A stretch of DNA of 64,000 bases from an uncultured Acidobacteriota bacterium (GTDB taxonomy: Bacteria > Acidobacteriota > Thermoanaerobaculia > Multivoradales > SZUA-115). Positions 59,641 through 64,000 of the stretch are shown in pieces. Under the pieces are notes generated by a model that worked only from the letters and a program-made list of their open reading frames with translations, had not been told where the DNA came from and searched no databases. Numbering within the stretch: the stretch's first letter is position 1; each line of letters opens with the position of its first letter. Position numbers and translations under genes: made by a program. Where the stretch lies: assembly GCA_963805975.1 (NCBI GenBank), contig CAWDVR010000005.1:32001-96000 (forward strand), written 5' to 3'.

Positions 59641-60639
59641 ATGGACGTCGCCGCCACCCTGACGCGCTCCGCCGCGTTCTCGCACCTGACCGAGGCCGAG
59701 CTCGCGGCCCTGGCACCCCGGCTCGCAGTCGAGCGGATCGCTGCCGGCTCCGTCATCGTGCGCCAGGACGACGCCACGCACGACGCCTACCTGCTGGCCG
59801 AGGGCGGCGTGCGGATCGAGCGCGAGACGCCGTTCGGCCGCTATGTCCTGGCCGAGCTTCCGGCCGGCGGCCTCTTCGGCGAGGCGAGCTTCGTCGACGC
59901 CAAGGGCCGTTCGGGGGACGTGCTCGCCACCGTCGACAGCGCGCTGGTGGTGTTCAACCACCAGGCTCTCGACCCGTTCCTGGAAGAGGACGACCGGCTG
60001 AGCCTCGCCCTCTACTGGGCCTTCTGGAAGAGCCTTTCCGAGAAGCTGCGGCGGGCCAACCAGCACCTGGTGGAGTTCTTCACCGAGCCTTCCGGCCGGC
60101 CGGCACCGGTGGCCGGTGACGACCGCAGCCCCACGGGCCAGTTCCAGGTCGGCATCGCGGCCAAGAAGCTGCTCTTCGAGGAGCAGACGCTCTCCCCGAT
60201 GGAGATCAACTTTCTGACCTCGCTCTCCAAGGCCAAGCAGCTCGAGCCCGGGGAGGTGATCTTCCGTGAGGGCGAGCCCGGCGACCGCATGTACGTGGTG
60301 CTCGAAGGCCGAGTGATGATCAGCAAGCACATTCCCGGGGTGGGGGAAGAGGCGCTCGCCTTCCTCGAGCGGGGCGACTACTTCGGGGAGATGGCGCTGA
60401 TCGAGAACCTGCCGCGCTCGGCCGAGGCCAAGGCCCACGCCGGGTCGGCGGTGGTGCTGTCGATCCCCCGCGACGTGGTGGCGGGAGTGCTCGACATCCG
60501 CAAGGTCTCCTCGCTGCGCCTGCTCAAGCTGCTGTGCTCGCTGATCGCCAAGCGCCTGCGGGAGATCGACGAGAAGATCGTCGGCTGGTTCATGCTCGCC
60601 GGCGGCGGGGCCGGGGCCGGCCGGCCCCCGGGCCGTTGA
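59641..60639 (+). CDS. Tandem cyclic-nucleotide-binding domain protein
   Basis: Two cNMP domains (LFGEASF..RSGD; YFGEMAL..PRSA). Confidence 0.85.
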   Translation: MDVAATLTRSAAFSHLTEAELAALAPRLAVERIAAGSVIVRQDDATHDAYLLAEGGVRIERETPFGRYVLAELPAGGLFGEASFVDAKGRSGDVLATVDSALVVFNHQALDPFLEEDDRLSLALYWAFWKSLSEKLRRANQHLVEFFTEPSGRPAPVAGDDRSPTGQFQVGIAAKKLLFEEQTLSPMEINFLTSLSKAKQLEPGEVIFREGEPGDRMYVVLEGRVMISKHIPGVGEEALAFLERGDYFGEMALIENLPRSAEAKAHAGSAVVLSIPRDVVAGVLDIRKVSSLRLLKLLCSLIAKRLREIDEKIVGWFMLAGGGAGAGRPPGR

Positions 60640-61738
60640 TCGGCGGGCCGCTAGCCGCCGCGGCGCGGAGTGCCTTGCCCACCAGCGACGAGAGCGGGAG
60701 CGCCTCCCGCTCCCGGGCGTCGAACCAGCCCGCCTCGACGTTATCCTCGACGACCCCCGTGCCCGCGAGGCACGCGGACACTACCTGCGCCTCGATGTCG
60801 CGATGGGTGATGCCGTGCCGAACCGTCGCCAGCTCGCGCCCGATCTGCCAGGCTCCGCCATAGCGCGCGGTGAGCCCCGCCGCGGCGCGGGACTCTGGCC
60901 CGGCCCCCTCCTCCCCCTCTTCCTCGATCTCCACCCACGGCAGCTCCCAGGTACCGGCCAGCAGGGCCGAATCCTCGGGCCGCCTGAAGAGCAGCGCCCG
61001 GCCTTCCTCTTCGACCAGCGCCACCAGCAGCTTGACCCGGGTCGCGGCGCGCCGGCGGCGCGCCGGCGGAAAGCGCTCCGGATCGCCGGCGGCGAGAGCC
61101 GCGCAGCCGTCGGCCAAGGGGCAGAGCAGGCAACGGGGGCGTTGCGGGAGGCAGAGCGTCGCCCCGAGCTCCATCAGTGCCTGGTTCGAGTCCCCGGGGC
61201 GCGCGGCGTCGAGGAGAGTGGCGGCGGTGGCGCGCAGGCGCTGACGGGCACGCGCCGTCTTGGGGTCTTCTTCGAGCGCCAGCAGACGGCCGACCACGCG
61301 TTCGACGTTACCGTCCACTACCGGCTCCACCACGGCAAAGGCGATCGAGGCCACGGCCGCGGCGGTATAGGGGCCGATGCCGGGCAAGGCTTCTAGACCC
61401 GCCACCGTGCGCGGGAACGCGCCCTGCTCGACGATCAGCCGCGCGGCGGCGTGCATCTGGCGGGCGCGGCGGTAGTAGCCGAGGCCCGACCACGAGGCCA
61501 GGACCTCGTCGATCTCTGCCTTCGCCAGCGCTTCGACGGCGGGAAAGCGGGCCAGAAACCGCTCGAAGTAGGGGATGACGGTCTCGACCCGGGTCTGCTG
61601 GAGCATGATCTCCGAGACCCAGATGCGATAGGGGTCCTGGCTTCGACGCCAGGGAAGGTCCCGGCGGTGCCGGTCATACCAGGCGAGAAGGAGAGGGGCG
61701 AGAGGGCCGGGGACCAGCAGATCTTGCCGGCAGCTCAT
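60590..61738 (-). CDS. mutY: A/G-specific adenine glycosylase
   Basis: RDLPWR, SEIMLQQT, WSGLGYYRRA, VDGNVERV, CLPQRPRCLLCPLADGC. Confidence 0.93.
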   Translation of the reverse strand: MSCRQDLLVPGPLAPLLLAWYDRHRRDLPWRRSQDPYRIWVSEIMLQQTRVETVIPYFERFLARFPAVEALAKAEIDEVLASWSGLGYYRRARQMHAAARLIVEQGAFPRTVAGLEALPGIGPYTAAAVASIAFAVVEPVVDGNVERVVGRLLALEEDPKTARARQRLRATAATLLDAARPGDSNQALMELGATLCLPQRPRCLLCPLADGCAALAAGDPERFPPARRRRAATRVKLLVALVEEEGRALLFRRPEDSALLAGTWELPWVEIEEEGEEGAGPESRAAAGLTARYGGAWQIGRELATVRHGITHRDIEAQVVSACLAGTGVVEDNVEAGWFDAREREALPLSSLVGKALRAAAASGPPINGPGAGRPRPRRRRA

Positions 61739-62039
61739 GCCGGATTGAGTATAGGGCCAATCTGGCATGCGTTTCCGGCACAGGCCAAGACTGCCCTCTG
61801 CCGTCAGGAGGGGTTAGATCAGGGAATCTTTGGCTGAAAAGGGAAAATCCCCCTTCTGGAGGGGGAAATACGGGGGGAGGTCCCGTCGAAGGTGGGCTGG
61901 TTTGAGGATTTACCCCTGTTGCATAGGGGATTTTGGCTGGATCGTAGAGGGGAGGCTTTAGGCCTCGATGTAGGTGAGAAGTTGGGTGGTGGGGTGGAAC
62001 CTCCCTCGTATCGTTGTTAACAGGTCGTTAACGCTTCTG

Positions 62040-62055
62040 CGTTCCACGTGAAGCA
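62040..62055. promoter_or_regulatory. parS-like site
   Basis: CGTTCCACGTGAAGCA, near consensus, origin-proximal. Confidence 0.6.
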
Positions 62056-62226
62056 AGCGACGTGCCAGGCTCGATGGAGGGCAGATCCAGGGCGGCCAGG
62101 TAGGGTTACCACGGCGAGCGCGAAAACTTTGTTTGGAGGCTTGAACGGCGCGGGGGCTGCTGGTATCATCCCTCTTCTCGCCGGCAAAGCAGTCCCAGCC
62201 TGGCTCCAAAGGGAAAAGTGTAAGGG

Positions 62227-62258
62227 TTTTCCGCAGGTTGTGGAAAAGGTGTGGAAAA
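62227..62258. promoter_or_regulatory. Three DnaA boxes upstream of dnaA
   Basis: TTTTCCGCA 62227, TGTGGAAAA 62239 and 62250. Confidence 0.7.
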
Positions 62259-62304
62259 TCGCGTCTCTTGCCGTTTCCGTGAATCCTGAATCGAGCCGCC
62301 GACC

Positions 62305-63585
62305 ATGACCTCAGCCTGGCCACAGCTCGAAAGCGCTCTGCGGGCCAAGCTGGGCGCGGATGAGTTCGCCACCTGGTTCGGCAATCTCAAGGTGCGCTCC
62401 GACGAGAACGGCCGGCTCGTCCTCCAGGCGCCCAACAAGCGGGTGCTGCACACTCTCGAGACCAGCTATCGGCCGCTCGTCGATCGCGCCATCGCAGGGC
62501 TCGGCGGCAGGCCGCTCGAGGTTCTCTTCACGGTCGACGCCGACAAGCCGGCAGCGCAGACCCGTGGCGCTGCCCAGTTCAACCCGCGCTACCTGTTCGC
62601 CAACTTCGTCGTCGGCTCCTCCAACCAGTTCGCACACGCCGCGGCGCGCGCCGTGGCGGAGAAGCCCTCTCACAGCTACAACCCGCTCTTTCTCTACGGC
62701 GGTGTCGGCCTCGGCAAGACGCATCTGCTGCACGCCGTCGGCCACGAGATCCTGCGCCTGCACCCGCACCTCGAGGTGCGCTATCTGGCGGCCGAGCAGT
62801 TCGTCAACGAGCTCATCAACTCGATCCGCTTCGACCGCATGCCGGTCTTCCGCGAGCGCTACCGCAACATCGACGTGCTGCTGGTCGACGACATCCAGTT
62901 CCTCGCCAACAAGGAGCGCACTCAAGAGGAGTTCTTCCACACCTTCAACACCCTGTACACCAGCCAGAAGCAGATCATCCTCTCCTCGGATTCCTCGCCG
63001 CGTGACATCCAGACCCTGGAGGAGCGGCTGCGCAGCCGCTTCGAGTGGGGCCTGATCACCGACATCCAGCCCCCGGAGCTCGAGACCAAGGTGGCGATCC
63101 TGCGCCGCAAGGCCGACCTCGAGGGGACGACCCTGCCCGACGATGTCGCCCTCTTCATCGCCCGCCAGGTGCGCTCCTCGATCCGCGAGCTCGAAGGCCT
63201 GCTCAACCGGGTGGTCGCCTTCGCCTCGCTGACCGGCAAGCAGTTGACCGTCGACCTCGCCAAGGAGACGCTCAAGGACATCGTCTGGCAGGCCGGGCCC
63301 CGCTTCACCGGCGCCGACATCATCAAGCACGTGGCCCGCCACTACGGGCTCAAGGTCAGCGAGATCAAGAGCCGCAACAACGCCAAGCCGATCTCCTTCC
63401 CCCGCCACGTGGCCATGTACCTGTGCCGCCGGCTCACCGAGCTCTCGCTGCCCGAGATCGGCAAGCAGTTCAACAACAAGCATCACTCGACGGTCAAGTA
63501 CTCGATCGACAAGATCGAGGAGCTGCGGACCAAAGACGAGGATCTGGACCGTACCCTGCGCCAGCTCGCCGAGCATTTCTCCTGA
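62305..63585 (+). CDS. dnaA: Chromosomal replication initiator DnaA
   Basis: YNPLFLYGGVGLGKTHL, DDIQF, QEEFFHTFN, RLRSRFEWG. Confidence 0.98.
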   Translation: MTSAWPQLESALRAKLGADEFATWFGNLKVRSDENGRLVLQAPNKRVLHTLETSYRPLVDRAIAGLGGRPLEVLFTVDADKPAAQTRGAAQFNPRYLFANFVVGSSNQFAHAAARAVAEKPSHSYNPLFLYGGVGLGKTHLLHAVGHEILRLHPHLEVRYLAAEQFVNELINSIRFDRMPVFRERYRNIDVLLVDDIQFLANKERTQEEFFHTFNTLYTSQKQIILSSDSSPRDIQTLEERLRSRFEWGLITDIQPPELETKVAILRRKADLEGTTLPDDVALFIARQVRSSIRELEGLLNRVVAFASLTGKQLTVDLAKETLKDIVWQAGPRFTGADIIKHVARHYGLKVSEIKSRNNAKPISFPRHVAMYLCRRLTELSLPEIGKQFNNKHHSTVKYSIDKIEELRTKDEDLDRTLRQLAEHFS

Positions 63586-63836
63586 GCCCGAGTCGCGCCC
63601 GGAAAATCCTCCGGAAAGCCTGTCGAAAAGCTGTTCTTCAGCTTGCGGATAGTCTTCACCTCGGAGCTTTCCGCAACCGCTCCGCAGCCCCTCCACAGGC
63701 GAAACCCGCGTTCTGCGGAGAAGACTAAGCTCTTGCCGGCGCAGCCACTTGGGAGGTTTCTCCCGCTTTCCGCAGCGCCTTCTACGACGGCTTCTGTGGT
63801 GTTATATTTCAAACTCTTTTCGGGAGAGGGGAGACG
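63586..63836. other. Probable oriC (dnaA-dnaN intergenic)
   Basis: About 7 DnaA-box-like 9-mers, then GC spacer, trio-like TTC TAC GAC and AT-rich stretch 63801-63820. Confidence 0.75.
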
Positions 63837-64000
63837 ATGGAGATCCGACTGAACCGCGCCGACTTCTTGACCGAGCTCGGTCCGATGCAGGGCATCGTCG
63901 AGCGCAAGACGACCATTCCGGCGCTGGCTCACATCCTGCTCACGGCCAAGGACGATCGCCTCACCCTCTCCGGTACCGACCTGGACGTCTCGCTCACCTC
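63837..64000 (+). CDS. dnaN: DNA polymerase III beta clamp (partial)
   Basis: MEIRLNRADFL...VERKTTIPALAHILL...GTDLDVSL downstream of dnaA. Confidence 0.93.
   Translation, partial: MEIRLNRADFLTELGPMQGIVERKTTIPALAHILLTAKDDRLTLSGTDLDVSLT

Noticed and set aside
60590-60639. 50-nt convergent overlap of mutY and the cNMP gene
   Set aside because: Low-complexity tails; such overlaps are common in compact GC-rich genomes.
61770-62040. G-rich, lower-GC stretch upstream of dnaA as ncRNA or ORF (61958-62323)
   Set aside because: Only short hairpins, no coding signal; consistent with origin-proximal promoter DNA.

Overview
GC-rich bacterial chromosome window covering the replication-origin region. The organism is probably an Acidobacteriota (Thermoanaerobaculia-like), inferred from protein styles only. 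Core content: mreBCD-mrdA-rodA-rng operon, surA/ppiD-like gene, ruvA/ruvB, a bacillithiol cluster (methyltransferase-bshC-bshB1-bshA), dusB, tmRNA, mtnA, tandem lepB, rsmG-parA-parB-bactofilin, rpmH-rnpA-yidD-yidC-jag, two tRNA-Ser, tadA, an S8 protease, SRP RNA-dnaX-ybaB-recR, mutY, dnaA, oriC and the start of dnaN. One complete IS481 element is present. The most interesting observation is a module inserted between ruvA and ruvB: a structured leader, an unannotated 31-aa peptide ending EEGSLNDPDG, a sigma-region-2-only protein and a TPR protein, which together look like a peptide-signalling system. Second is a standalone LAGLIDADG-like gene whose start codons lie inside a duplicated parS-like unit upstream of rsmG-parA-parB. 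Two single-base frameshifts (yigZ, dusB) are probably assembly errors. All calls come from manual reading; no database searches were run.
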